DNA of 64,000 nucleotides from an uncultured cyanobacterium (lineage in GTDB: Bacteria > Cyanobacteriota > Cyanobacteriia > Cyanobacteriales > Nostocaceae). Below the pieces are notes generated by a model that saw only the letters and a program-made list of their open reading frames with translations, ran no database searches and was not told the origin of the DNA. The position numbers and the translations under genes are program-made. Positions 20,800 to 30,677 of the stretch are shown here, in pieces (position 1 is the stretch's first letter; each line of letters begins with the position of its first letter). The stretch spans positions 1,088,001 through 1,152,000 of the forward strand of contig CAVUDP010000002.1 of the NCBI GenBank assembly GCA_963740315.1, in the 5' to 3' direction.

Positions 20800-23700
20800 T
20801 TATATTAAATCAGTTTCCCGTACATTTAAAATCTTCTTCACTTCAGTTAAAAACGCCAACAAATTAAATAGCGACTTTCCTCTCATATGATTAAACAAAG
20901 AAAGTGCCCCAACCGAATCATCACCGATCAAATTTTCATAAGGATTTAACTTAAGGCTAATTTTGTCCGCTTTCTCGTACCGCGAAAAGTGAAACAAAGT
21001 CAATAAATTTAATATTTCATTTTTCAAATCGCCGTTAAAAATCAAACCTCTGTAAATATCTTCATCATCTAAAATACCTTGATAGATATTAGCGAAAGTA
21101 GCGTAAGAAATTACACCATTATAATTGCGCTCAACACCTTTACCAATGGTGACACCATTAAATAAATTGAAGAATACAACAGATTTTTTACTGGGGTCAT
21201 CGACAATATTCGCTAATTCTACTGTATCTTGAATATACAAAGAACTGTCTTCTATTTTGTCTTGAAACTTGCTAGCATAATATTTATCGAAAAACATCGG
21301 ATAAATTTTAATATTATCGTGTGTGGATTTCAAAGCCCGAATAACTTCTTTTGACATGAAGAATAATCCATCATCTTCTTCCTTTTGCGTCATGTATAAA
21401 CTGCTGGTATAAGGTGCTTTTGCAATGTAAATAAAGCGTCTGTATCCTTTTTGATAAAGTTTAGCAACTTCATCAATGATTACTGTAGGATGACTAAATA
21501 TCTGTTGTTGCTGGTAATTATCGGAAAAAGTTTTGATAAGTTTTACTTTGACAGCACCATTTTGACAGGTAAAACCTAAAATTTCTCCCATGACATTAGA
21601 AATTTTTTGAGAGCTTCTCCAACTTCTATCGCTTTCCCGACTTGATACTATTATTATTGCCAGATTATCTACTATTTTCGGAGTTGACGCATCATTGAAG
21701 GTAAACTTTTTCGGAAGTACCGAATATAGCGAACTAAATACATTAGGTAGTTTAAATTTTACTAGATTTCTAATAATTACACCTTGAGCATTAGAACGAT
21801 GTTCCTCGTTTAATAAATGAGATAATGATTTCGATAAAGATACTATCGCTTTTTCTATTGGTGCATCATCTTCTTTATTATGTAAATGCAACCGCAAAAT
21901 CGGAATAAATAATGGTTTTTGCTCGTGCAATATTACTTTTAAACTCATGTATGCCAACAGAGAAAAAGTAAAATTATAAACAAATAATTGCTGAGACTCT
22001 AACCGATTATCTTCTAATCTATATGGGAATAATATTAACTTGCGTTGTTTTAAACTTTTATTGTACTCATTTTGACATTGGCTATCTTCAAACGGTAAAA
22101 ACAATATGGGTAAAGCACGGACATTTTTGATATCGTACTCCATATTAAAACTTTGTCTTTCATCTGATGAAGCGTAATGAATGTCGTTAATAGTGATTTT
22201 AGCAGGGAGAGAGCAAAGGGTATTTATTTTCGCACTTGCTTCACCGATGGATATGTATTTAAGAAGTTCTTTGGGATTACCTCTCAAAACAGGTTTAAAA
22301 AATGTATTGCGATCGAATATCTCCTGAATATCTCTTTCAAGAATGCTTTTACCGACAGAAATATGTAACGGATATTCTCTAGTAGGAAAATTCCGCTTCG
22401 ATTTAATCAGATTGCTTAAAGATTTCTTGAGAGTTGTGATTTTATTCTGAATATTATACTTTTCAAAACCCTTAATAATTCCTCTAAATAGTTTTCTTTT
22501 CGCTTCATCATCATCCCCTTTAAGAATTGGTATTACCTTTTCGTCAAATCCTGGAATCGGATTATATTCTAATTCCCAATTTTGATTGCCATCGTTAGTT
22601 GATGTTGGACGAAAGGCAAACATCAGATAATATAAAAAAACGATTCTTAAAACTTTGCTCGCAAAAGTCTTTTTTTTCAAAGCATCGTTTAATTGCTCCT
22701 GATGTTCCTTGCTATCTGGATTCAGTAAATTTAAATAATATTCAAATACATTTTTACCACCATAAGCCTGTACCTTGCCATCAAACTTAAGTTTCAAACC
22801 AAAAATAAACTGAATTTCTCCCTTATCTTCATCTTTCGTTTCTCCTAAATAACCTTCCACCTTAGGAATAATCGGTAAACTATCAAAAGCTTCACCACGA
22901 GAAAAAATATCCCTGTAATTTAAGGAAACTCCGGCATAATTCACCAAATAATCGCCATCAGCTTTATTGATATCGTTAATATACTCTTCGACTAAGCGCA
23001 AACGTCTGATAGTATCTTGTAAATAAATCGCAGCTTGAGCATTATTACCAGTATCTGTATTCAAATTTTCGTGAAGAAACTCTAAATAATTAATCTGTGC
23101 TTGTTTTTTGAGTTTTCCTAAAGTTTGTCTATCGATAATTTCTCTGAGCTTATAAAAATCCGATTCGACTTTATCTTTATCTTGATATAAATCATCAAGA
23201 ATATAGCTTAAATCTTCGCGCTCCGATTCACTTCGATCGCCAAATTCAGCTTTGATATACTTTTCTAAACCCGATCGCAACTGCTCGTTAAATTCTTTAG
23301 TTTTCTGTACGCTAATAGTTAACTTGTGAAATCGTAAAAGTTCTTTACCTTTTTCACTTCGATCGGATACAGTTAATCGCTGCTTTTGTAAATTGTTATA
23401 ATCCTTGAAAGGATAGGAAAAATCTAAACTAGAACTATTACCTTTAAAACTCTCTAAATCTGTAGCTAAATTTTCTACAAACTGCTGAATTGATAATGAA
23501 TGCCGCTCAACCTGAGATGTTAATAAATGCTGCAAGCGATCGTTAATCTCTCGAATTTGTTCGGGAAACTTTTCTGCAAAACCCGGACTAAAATTTACGC
23601 TAGCAGTCTTCGCACCGTTACTAGAAGCGCCCATTGGACTATTTATTGATAAACTTGCAACTTGATTCGCAACATTATTAATACCAATCAATAATCGTTG

Positions 23701-23826
23701 TCGATCCTCAGATATCTTAAATATATTTTCATGCTGCGGATTATTTAGAACTTGTAAAATCTTATTTAATAAATCGCTGTAGTCTACATAAACTAACTCG
23801 TTATTCCCCGATTGTAGAATATTCAC
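20800..23826 (-). CDS. 1008-aa hypothetical protein; C-terminal ~430 aa resemble a divergent, inactive MID-PIWI (Argonaute-like) module
   Basis: Long intact ORF with GGAG RBS before GTG 23826; motif order matches MID (K...NAQGV...N..SSLY) and an RNase H-like PIWI (AIIIVSSR / FIYIAKAP / IYPMFFDK / LFHFSRYE); the fold is inferred by eye. Confidence 0.55.
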   Translation of the reverse strand: MNILQSGNNELVYVDYSDLLNKILQVLNNPQHENIFKISEDRQRLLIGINNVANQVASLSINSPMGASSNGAKTASVNFSPGFAEKFPEQIREINDRLQHLLTSQVERHSLSIQQFVENLATDLESFKGNSSSLDFSYPFKDYNNLQKQRLTVSDRSEKGKELLRFHKLTISVQKTKEFNEQLRSGLEKYIKAEFGDRSESEREDLSYILDDLYQDKDKVESDFYKLREIIDRQTLGKLKKQAQINYLEFLHENLNTDTGNNAQAAIYLQDTIRRLRLVEEYINDINKADGDYLVNYAGVSLNYRDIFSRGEAFDSLPIIPKVEGYLGETKDEDKGEIQFIFGLKLKFDGKVQAYGGKNVFEYYLNLLNPDSKEHQEQLNDALKKKTFASKVLRIVFLYYLMFAFRPTSTNDGNQNWELEYNPIPGFDEKVIPILKGDDDEAKRKLFRGIIKGFEKYNIQNKITTLKKSLSNLIKSKRNFPTREYPLHISVGKSILERDIQEIFDRNTFFKPVLRGNPKELLKYISIGEASAKINTLCSLPAKITINDIHYASSDERQSFNMEYDIKNVRALPILFLPFEDSQCQNEYNKSLKQRKLILFPYRLEDNRLESQQLFVYNFTFSLLAYMSLKVILHEQKPLFIPILRLHLHNKEDDAPIEKAIVSLSKSLSHLLNEEHRSNAQGVIIRNLVKFKLPNVFSSLYSVLPKKFTFNDASTPKIVDNLAIIIVSSRESDRSWRSSQKISNVMGEILGFTCQNGAVKVKLIKTFSDNYQQQQIFSHPTVIIDEVAKLYQKGYRRFIYIAKAPYTSSLYMTQKEEDDGLFFMSKEVIRALKSTHDNIKIYPMFFDKYYASKFQDKIEDSSLYIQDTVELANIVDDPSKKSVVFFNLFNGVTIGKGVERNYNGVISYATFANIYQGILDDEDIYRGLIFNGDLKNEILNLLTLFHFSRYEKADKISLKLNPYENLIGDDSVGALSLFNHMRGKSLFNLLAFLTEVKKILNVRETDLI

Positions 23827-23910
23827 CCCGGTAACTCCAATAATGATTACTTAATAAATAATCTTTACAGGTACCCAGACGCTACCGCGATTTAACGTAG
23901 AAATTATATC

Positions 23911-24080
23911 AATATTGTTACTTTGTGAAAGAGGGAGTAGTCACGCACCAATTTCTCGTTCCCAGGCACAGCGGGGGCAATGCCAATGCAGGAGGCTCTG
24001 CCTCTGAATATACTTGAGGCGGAGCCTCACACACAGGAGTTTCCAGCCAGAGACTGGGAACTAGTTAATATTGTTACTTT
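23911..24080. repeat. Palindromic MITE-like insert flanked by 14-bp direct repeats AATATTGTTACTTT
   Basis: Direct repeats at 23911-23924 and 24067-24080; internal GAGGCTCTGCCTC/GAGGCGGAGCCTC and GTTCCCAG/CTGGGAAC inverted pairs. Confidence 0.65.
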
Positions 24081-24203
24081 ATAAATAACTCATAACCGTG
24101 ATTAAATCCCCACCAAATATAAAATATACGTAGTATTTGTTTACTTCTAGTTTTAAATCGGTAAAAATAGTTATGCACCTCAGACTTCGATCGAGTGACT
24201 TCT

Positions 24204-25730
24204 ATGTCCTTCTGCATTAATCCCAATTGCTCGAAGCCAGAAAATTCTAGCAATATATTATTTTGTCAAAGCTGTGGTTCGGAATTGTTATTGGAAGGAC
24301 GTTATCGGACAATAAAGTTATTAGGACAAGGTGGTTTTGGTAAAACTTATGAAGTAAACGATGTCGTTAGTAATATTTCCAGGGTACTAAAAGTTCTGAT
24401 CGATAATCAACCCAAGGCTGTGGAGCTATTTCAGCGGGAAGGGGAAGTGCTGAAAATGTTAGAACACCCTGGTATTCCCAAGGTAGAAAAAGATGACTAT
24501 TTTATTTATTTTTCCAGAGCTAGTCAGCAACCATTGCACTGTTTGGTAATGGAGAAAATTGAAGGGATGGATTTGCAAGAGTATATGCAAAAACGCGAAA
24601 ATCGTCCCATCAAGGAAAAGTTAGCAGTGCAATGGTTAAAGCAAATAGTTAACATTCTGCAACTGGTTCACGATCGGAACTTTTTTCATCGAGATATCAA
24701 ACCTCCAAATATCATGCTAAGGGCAACTGGACGTTTGGCACTAATTGATTTCGGTGCAGCGCGAGAAGCCACACAAACCTACTATTTAGCCCATCAACAA
24801 GGTAAAGTTACTGGCTTGATATCGATTGGATATACCCCAAGCGAACAAATGAACGGTCAAGCTGTACCGCAATCGGATTTTTTTGCTTTAGGACGCACGT
24901 TTGTGTTTCTATTGACGGGTAAAGAACCATTAGACACAGCAATTTATAACTCCTATAACGATACAATGCATTGGCGTGATGTAGTACCGGATATTTCACC
25001 CAAATTTGCAGATTTAATTGACCGCATGATGGAACGTTTGCCCAGTCAACGTCCTACTGATACCAGGGAGATATTACAAGCTTTGGCAGAAATTGAGCAA
25101 GCTGTGAATCCAGCACAAGTAAGTTCTCCTCAGTCTTTCAATCAACCGTTTCCACCAATACAATCGGCTCCATTAAAACCTCAAAGTACTCAACAAAGCA
25201 CATTATATGCAGCAACTCCACAACCGGATATTGGCGAGAAATTTTGGACATGGTGGCTAGTAGCACATATTGTTGGTTTTGCAACTCTTGGAATTTTACT
25301 TCCAATTACACAATGGTTGGTTCTGCGAAGATGGGTAACTTGGGTATCTAAAACTGGTGAGTGGATTTTAGTAACTGCTGTAGGGCTTCTTGTAGGGATT
25401 GGTGTCGGTTCGGTGGCAACTTTTTTTGTAGGGATAGAGGGGTGGTTTTGGAATATTAGTCTGGGGTTTACTTTACTTGGATTAATACAATGGCTTTTAC
25501 TAAGATGGTGGGTTTCCCACGCTGGTTGGTGGATTGTAGCTAATGCTATGGTAAGTTTAGTTGCTTCTATTCTCCTGATTGCATGGGCGTTTTTGACTAC
25601 TGGTAGCTTCAATATATTCCTAAGTAGTAGTACGCCAGTTAGTATGGTGCTAATTTACATAATAACTTACCCATTAATTACAGGATTCGTCCTAATACGG
25701 CTGTTGCGAAATCCGATTTCAAATCCTTAG
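24204..25730 (+). CDS. Ser/Thr protein kinase with 4-Cys prefix and multi-TM C-terminus
   Basis: CINPNC..CQSCG, LGQGGFGKTY, HRDIKPPN, LIDFG and a hydrophobic Trp-rich C-terminus. Confidence 0.92.
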   Translation: MSFCINPNCSKPENSSNILFCQSCGSELLLEGRYRTIKLLGQGGFGKTYEVNDVVSNISRVLKVLIDNQPKAVELFQREGEVLKMLEHPGIPKVEKDDYFIYFSRASQQPLHCLVMEKIEGMDLQEYMQKRENRPIKEKLAVQWLKQIVNILQLVHDRNFFHRDIKPPNIMLRATGRLALIDFGAAREATQTYYLAHQQGKVTGLISIGYTPSEQMNGQAVPQSDFFALGRTFVFLLTGKEPLDTAIYNSYNDTMHWRDVVPDISPKFADLIDRMMERLPSQRPTDTREILQALAEIEQAVNPAQVSSPQSFNQPFPPIQSAPLKPQSTQQSTLYAATPQPDIGEKFWTWWLVAHIVGFATLGILLPITQWLVLRRWVTWVSKTGEWILVTAVGLLVGIGVGSVATFFVGIEGWFWNISLGFTLLGLIQWLLLRWWVSHAGWWIVANAMVSLVASILLIAWAFLTTGSFNIFLSSSTPVSMVLIYIITYPLITGFVLIRLLRNPISNP

Positions 25731-25818
25731 AAGCAAGAGCTAAATCGGTTAAAATTTGCGTCCCTCTGCGCTAACCTTTGCGTGATGCGTTTAAAATAAA
25801 AAATATTCAGATTTTAAC

Positions 25819-26406
25819 ATGAACGCTTCATTAATTCCCCCAACTCCCACCCTACAACTAACAATCGACTTAACCGACGAACAATTTTGGCAACTATGTC
25901 AAAAAAATCAAGAATGGAAATTTGAACGTACAGCATCGGGGGAATTATTAATCATGTCACCAACGGGAGGAGAAACAGGAAACCGCAATATTGAAATAGC
26001 GTATCAACTTCAAGGTTGGAGTCGTAAGAATAATTTAGGTAAAGCTTTTGATTCTTCCACAGGTTTTAAACTACCCAACGGTGCAAATCGCTCTCCCGAC
26101 GCTTCTTGGATAACTATAGAAAAATGGGAATCTTTAACCGCAGAACAAAAACGAAAATTTTTACCTTTATGTCCAGATTTTGTATTGGAATTGCGATCGC
26201 CTACCGACTCATTGAAGAAAATACGCGAGAAAATGCAGGAATATATCGAAAATGGCGCACGCTTGGGTTGGTTAATTAATGTAGAAGCACGACTTGTAGA
26301 GATTTATCGTCAAGGTAAAGAAGTAGAAATATTAGAAAACCCCCTAACACTATCCGGTGAAGACGTTTTACCCGGATTCCTATTTGATTTAACAACAATA
26401 ATGTAG
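25819..26406 (+). CDS. Uma2 family endonuclease
   Basis: MSPTGGETG, FDSSTGF.LPNGA.RSPDASW, PDFVLELRSP and GARLGWLI. Confidence 0.93.
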   Translation: MNASLIPPTPTLQLTIDLTDEQFWQLCQKNQEWKFERTASGELLIMSPTGGETGNRNIEIAYQLQGWSRKNNLGKAFDSSTGFKLPNGANRSPDASWITIEKWESLTAEQKRKFLPLCPDFVLELRSPTDSLKKIREKMQEYIENGARLGWLINVEARLVEIYRQGKEVEILENPLTLSGEDVLPGFLFDLTTIM

Positions 26407-26435
26407 AGACGTTGCAAAATTCAGTTATTTTATAA

Positions 26436-28991
26436 CTAAAAACTACATCGTAAATGCCATCTACCAATCCCAACTAAAATCAAACTAATAATAAGTCCTA
26501 AGATAGTAATTCGTCGTTTGCGATTTTGTTCGATTTCGCGATCGCAAACTAACACAGAACGTTGAATAAAATCTCTTTCTTTAACACTAAGTTCTTCAAA
26601 GCGTTTTTGCTGCCAGTCTTGGGCTATTGCTAAGGATACACCTCTGTACAGCGCACCTTCATCTTCACTGCTTTTTTCCCATTGATATATTGCCGATCGC
26701 AATTGTTCTTGCCAGCGTCGAAAGTCAGTATCAGCCTGTATCCAGTGTTCTAAACGTCCCCAACTTTTAATCAAAGCTTCATGAACAATTTCTACCGTTT
26801 CTTCACCAGTGGAATCGTTACGATTTGTGACTAACAAACGAGCAGATGCTAAATGAGTTACTAAATCCCAATTATTTACTTGAGAGCGAGTTGCCAACCT
26901 GCGAGTAGCTTGAGTACCTTCTTCCAAACGCACTAACTGAATAAATATCCGTTTCGCTCTTTCTCGATCGCCGAATGAAAGCCGAGCATATATTTGCTCC
27001 CCATATTCAGCCAAAGCACCTTCCACACAGCCGATTTTAGCATAATCATCGTGCAGCAATTCACCGTTTTGCTGTTTGGACCATAACTGAGTTAAGGCAA
27101 ATTCCAACAGTGGTAGATTCCCTAATTCTCCCCATACATCATCAATTAATCTATGTGCTAGTCCTAGCTCTAATTTGACTTTCATCTTAATTGCAGGCTT
27201 TTCAATTACCGAGTGCAATTCTTCCCGACTCATTGGACCGAGATTAAGCACGGCTCCTTGCAAAGCGTCACTAAATGGACGGTAAGATAAAGCATGACCG
27301 TAAAAGTCGGCTCTAAGGGTGATAATTAAACTAAAAGCTGGGGCTAAACTAACAGCAACCAATAATCCATCTAGAAAAGATTGGGTTTCAGACTTAAGAC
27401 AAAGCGTGTACAATTCTTCAAACCGATCCGCGATTAATGCTAAACGAATGTTGGGATTTTGCTTGATAAACTCCGCAATAATTGTTTGTAGAGCAAAGCG
27501 ATCGCATTCTAATCGTGCAGCGAGTTCTTCTTCAAGCAAAGGCAAATCATTTTCACCCATTACATTCTGTTGCAGAAAATTAACGGATAAGCACAAAGGT
27601 AACAAAGCACTTGCCAATGCTTTAAAAGGTTTGTTACCGGGACGAAAAGAAATTATCTTCCAGTTTGTATTCTCATCTTTTCGCAACTGGGGAATCAAAC
27701 CAGCAAACACTACGCTGGACTTACCACTCCCGCTAGGACCAACCACAGCTACAAATGTTTTACTTTTTACAGCTTTCAGCAAATTAAAACAAAACAGTTC
27801 CCGCCCAAAAAACAGGTCTGTATCTGCTTCAGAGAAAGCAAATAATCCCCGATAAGGACAGGGAGGCATTCCTCCCAAACTTAACCAGTTTGGCGGTTCT
27901 AATGCTGGATTTTGAAAAATCACGGGTAAACATGAAGCACCAGGAAATTTATGTTCTAATCCTTGCAGTTGCCTACGTGCTTTTTGAAATGATATGTATA
28001 AAGAGTTTCTATCTTTAGCAAAAAATTCTAAGAAAAATTTGAAAAAAACTTGTGCAACTAGGTTTGATACTGGCTCGCGCATTACCATTGTTGTAGGAAT
28101 ATTTAACTTTTCCAGCACCGAAGCCAGTCCCAACCCATCACAAGAATTAAATATTGCTAATTTCAAACCATTCTCAATTGCTGCTTTGAGAGCTTCTTCT
28201 AATTGTTCGAGTGTTAAACTGTTGTTTGTAGGGTTTTCATTAATATAAATTTTTCCTTTTTCGTCCTCAGTTTGGCTGTGACCTGCAAAAAAAAGCACGT
28301 CCCAACCAAGGGAATCCCAAAGACATCGATTAAATTCCTCGCGTGACGGTTGAATTAGAAATTTGACTTGTGCATCTTGCAAACTTCTCAGAAAGCCACT
28401 TTCTGCTTCTAAATCAATACCAACACTGTTACCCATAACTGCCAAGATTCTGACTTTATTTTTAGTCAATCTCGATCGTGCTAAGACAGCAGTTCTTCTA
28501 TATTCCTGTCTAAAAAGAGCGATTTCAGAATAGGGATAATCATCAAGAAAATCCCACCAACACCAGGGTATACGTCGCAGCCATAAATCGCTAGTTTCAA
28601 TAACTATCTGTATTTCCTCTTCCGGAATTAATGCAGAACGTAATTTACGCTCTATATTCAAGAATTCCTCAGATTTCAGCCAAGCATTAACGCTTACCCG
28701 TAACTGTCCAGATAAATTATCAAAGTTGACATCGGAAATATTAGTTATATCAGTTTGATTTATTTCTATTTCATCATCTTCAAGCAATGTCGATCGCAAA
28801 TTTAAACAATCGTAAAAGCTGCGATACATAAATTGCCAACGCTTATATAGTTCCACTAAATGTGGTGCTGGTGGCAATGAGCCGACAAATTGTTCTGGGA
28901 CATGACCTCGAACCCATAACTGAGCCGTTACTTGTTCGCATCCTTTATATAAATCGCTATTTCCGAGATTAATTACAACTGACTTACTCAT
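26436..28991 (-). CDS. CHAT protease domain + STAND (nSTAND1-type) NTPase + C-terminal TM; no sensor repeats
   Basis: FFAGHS/IFNSCDG dyad, CPYRGL..F, GPSGSGKSS, LIADRFEE, TLRADF, LPLLEFAL and VEIVHEALI..W motifs. Confidence 0.88.
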   Translation of the reverse strand: MSKSVVINLGNSDLYKGCEQVTAQLWVRGHVPEQFVGSLPPAPHLVELYKRWQFMYRSFYDCLNLRSTLLEDDEIEINQTDITNISDVNFDNLSGQLRVSVNAWLKSEEFLNIERKLRSALIPEEEIQIVIETSDLWLRRIPWCWWDFLDDYPYSEIALFRQEYRRTAVLARSRLTKNKVRILAVMGNSVGIDLEAESGFLRSLQDAQVKFLIQPSREEFNRCLWDSLGWDVLFFAGHSQTEDEKGKIYINENPTNNSLTLEQLEEALKAAIENGLKLAIFNSCDGLGLASVLEKLNIPTTMVMREPVSNLVAQVFFKFFLEFFAKDRNSLYISFQKARRQLQGLEHKFPGASCLPVIFQNPALEPPNWLSLGGMPPCPYRGLFAFSEADTDLFFGRELFCFNLLKAVKSKTFVAVVGPSGSGKSSVVFAGLIPQLRKDENTNWKIISFRPGNKPFKALASALLPLCLSVNFLQQNVMGENDLPLLEEELAARLECDRFALQTIIAEFIKQNPNIRLALIADRFEELYTLCLKSETQSFLDGLLVAVSLAPAFSLIITLRADFYGHALSYRPFSDALQGAVLNLGPMSREELHSVIEKPAIKMKVKLELGLAHRLIDDVWGELGNLPLLEFALTQLWSKQQNGELLHDDYAKIGCVEGALAEYGEQIYARLSFGDRERAKRIFIQLVRLEEGTQATRRLATRSQVNNWDLVTHLASARLLVTNRNDSTGEETVEIVHEALIKSWGRLEHWIQADTDFRRWQEQLRSAIYQWEKSSEDEGALYRGVSLAIAQDWQQKRFEELSVKERDFIQRSVLVCDREIEQNRKRRITILGLIISLILVGIGRWHLRCSF

Positions 28992-29030
28992 TAAGAATAG
29001 GATGAGTGCATTATTATCAGCATTTATATT

Positions 29031-29705
29031 TTACCTAACTTCCACCAAAACCTTCTCCAACAATCCCTGAAACAACTTCAACCCATCAGTATTACCCAAC
29101 ATCGGATCGGAAGCCCTCTCCGGATGCGGCATCATACCCAACACATTACCGTCACCATTGCAAATACCTGCAATATCTCTTAACGAACCATTGAGATTTT
29201 CACCGTAACGAAATACAACTTGGTTATTATCTTCCAACTTCGCCAAAGTTTTATCGTCCGCATAAAATCGTCCTTCACCATGAGCCACGGGTAAAATTAT
29301 CTGTTCGCCATCTTGATAACCTTGCGTCCAAGGTAGATCGTTACGTTCAACCAGAAGCGGTACCCGATCGCAGATAAAATGTAAATCTTGATTTTTAATT
29401 AACGCACCCGGTAACAATCCCGACTCAGTTAATACCTGAAAACCATTGCAGATACCCAAGACAAACTTACCCTTTTGTGCGTGTGCGATAACAGAAGACA
29501 TCACCGGAGAAAACCGAGCGATCGCACCACAACGCAAATAATCACCATAGCTAAAACCGCCGGGTAGAATCACCACATCAATATCGGAAATATCCGTATC
29601 TTGATGCCAAACCATACGAGTTGGTTGAGACAAAATATCTCGCGTCACATAAGCAACATCGCGATCGCAATTAGAACCGGGGAAAACAACAACGCCGAAT
29701 TTCAT
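29031..29705 (-). CDS. purQ: FGAM synthase subunit PurQ
   Basis: [27 protein letters not shown] and MMPHPER. Confidence 0.98.
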   Translation of the reverse strand: MKFGVVVFPGSNCDRDVAYVTRDILSQPTRMVWHQDTDISDIDVVILPGGFSYGDYLRCGAIARFSPVMSSVIAHAQKGKFVLGICNGFQVLTESGLLPGALIKNQDLHFICDRVPLLVERNDLPWTQGYQDGEQIILPVAHGEGRFYADDKTLAKLEDNNQVVFRYGENLNGSLRDIAGICNGDGNVLGMMPHPERASDPMLGNTDGLKLFQGLLEKVLVEVR

Positions 29706-29862
29706 AAGGTTAAAGGTATAAAGAGGGGGAAGAGGGGGAAGAGGGGGAAGAGGGGGGAGAGGGGGAAATTTAGCCTGTTAACTATTAACTATTAACTCCT
29801 AACTCCTAATTCCTAATTCCTAACTGCTCGCTGGTAACTGTTCACTGTTCACTGCTCACTGC

Positions 29863-30141
29863 TCAAACTGCTCCAATAACCGATTCCACCTCAGTTAAAT
29901 CGAAGCGGTAGTTTTCAATTACGGGATTTGCGAGCATTTTGTCGCATATTTTATCTAAGTCTTGACGGGCTGAATCCTCCGAATCTGAAGTAATCGTCAA
30001 TTCTATATATTTCCCGATTCTTACTTGTTCAACGTTGTCGTATTCCATCTGCTTTAGCCCGGATTGTACTGCGACACCTGCCGGATCTAAAACTGACGGA
30101 CGAAGAGTTACAAAAATTTTGGCTTGATACTTAATTGACAC
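29863..30141 (-). CDS. purS: FGAM synthase subunit PurS
   Basis: VLDPAG, VRIGKYIEL and LANPVIENY; adjacent to purQ. Confidence 0.96.
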   Translation of the reverse strand: MSIKYQAKIFVTLRPSVLDPAGVAVQSGLKQMEYDNVEQVRIGKYIELTITSDSEDSARQDLDKICDKMLANPVIENYRFDLTEVESVIGAV

Positions 30142-30284
30142 TTAATCTTACCCAATGCTGCTCTGGGTATACTATATCTTTCTGTTGTCACCAATTGGAA
30201 ATGATAATCTGAGATCGTTAAAGTAAATTAAATAGAAGTGGTAATAGAAATTATTTCTTACTGTTATTTGAATAGTTATCTTTT

Positions 30285-30677
30285 ATGAAACCCATACGTA
30301 CCCGCAGCCAAGAGCGGATTTTAAACCTGCTCAAATCCAGTAAACAAAGCATTTCCGCCCAAAATCTATATGTGGAACTGCGTCATAGCAATCAAAGTAT
30401 GGGTTTAGCAACAGTTTATCGTTCTTTAGAAGCGTTAAAACTCGAAGGCTTAGTACAAGTACGAACCCTAGCTAACGGCGAAGCACTTTATAGCTTAGTA
30501 CAGCAAGACAAACATCATTTAACCTGCTTGCAATGCGGTAGCTCAATTGCGATCGATCAATGTCCCGTACATCAACTAGAAACCGAATTAGAAACCAACC
30601 AAAATTTTAAAATCTTTTATCACACATTAGAATTCTTCGGCTTATGCGAAAAATGCCACGCAGAGCAAGCTTGTTAG
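30285..30677 (+). CDS. zur: Fur-family regulator, Zur/FurB-type
   Basis: RTRSQERIL, GLATVYRSL, HHLTCLQCG and CEKC; resembles Nostocales FurB/Zur as recalled. Confidence 0.8.
   Translation: MKPIRTRSQERILNLLKSSKQSISAQNLYVELRHSNQSMGLATVYRSLEALKLEGLVQVRTLANGEALYSLVQQDKHHLTCLQCGSSIAIDQCPVHQLETELETNQNFKIFYHTLEFFGLCEKCHAEQAC

Noticed and set aside
30203..30217. Zur box upstream of zur
   Set aside because: Only the TGATAAT half-site is present; the second half does not match.
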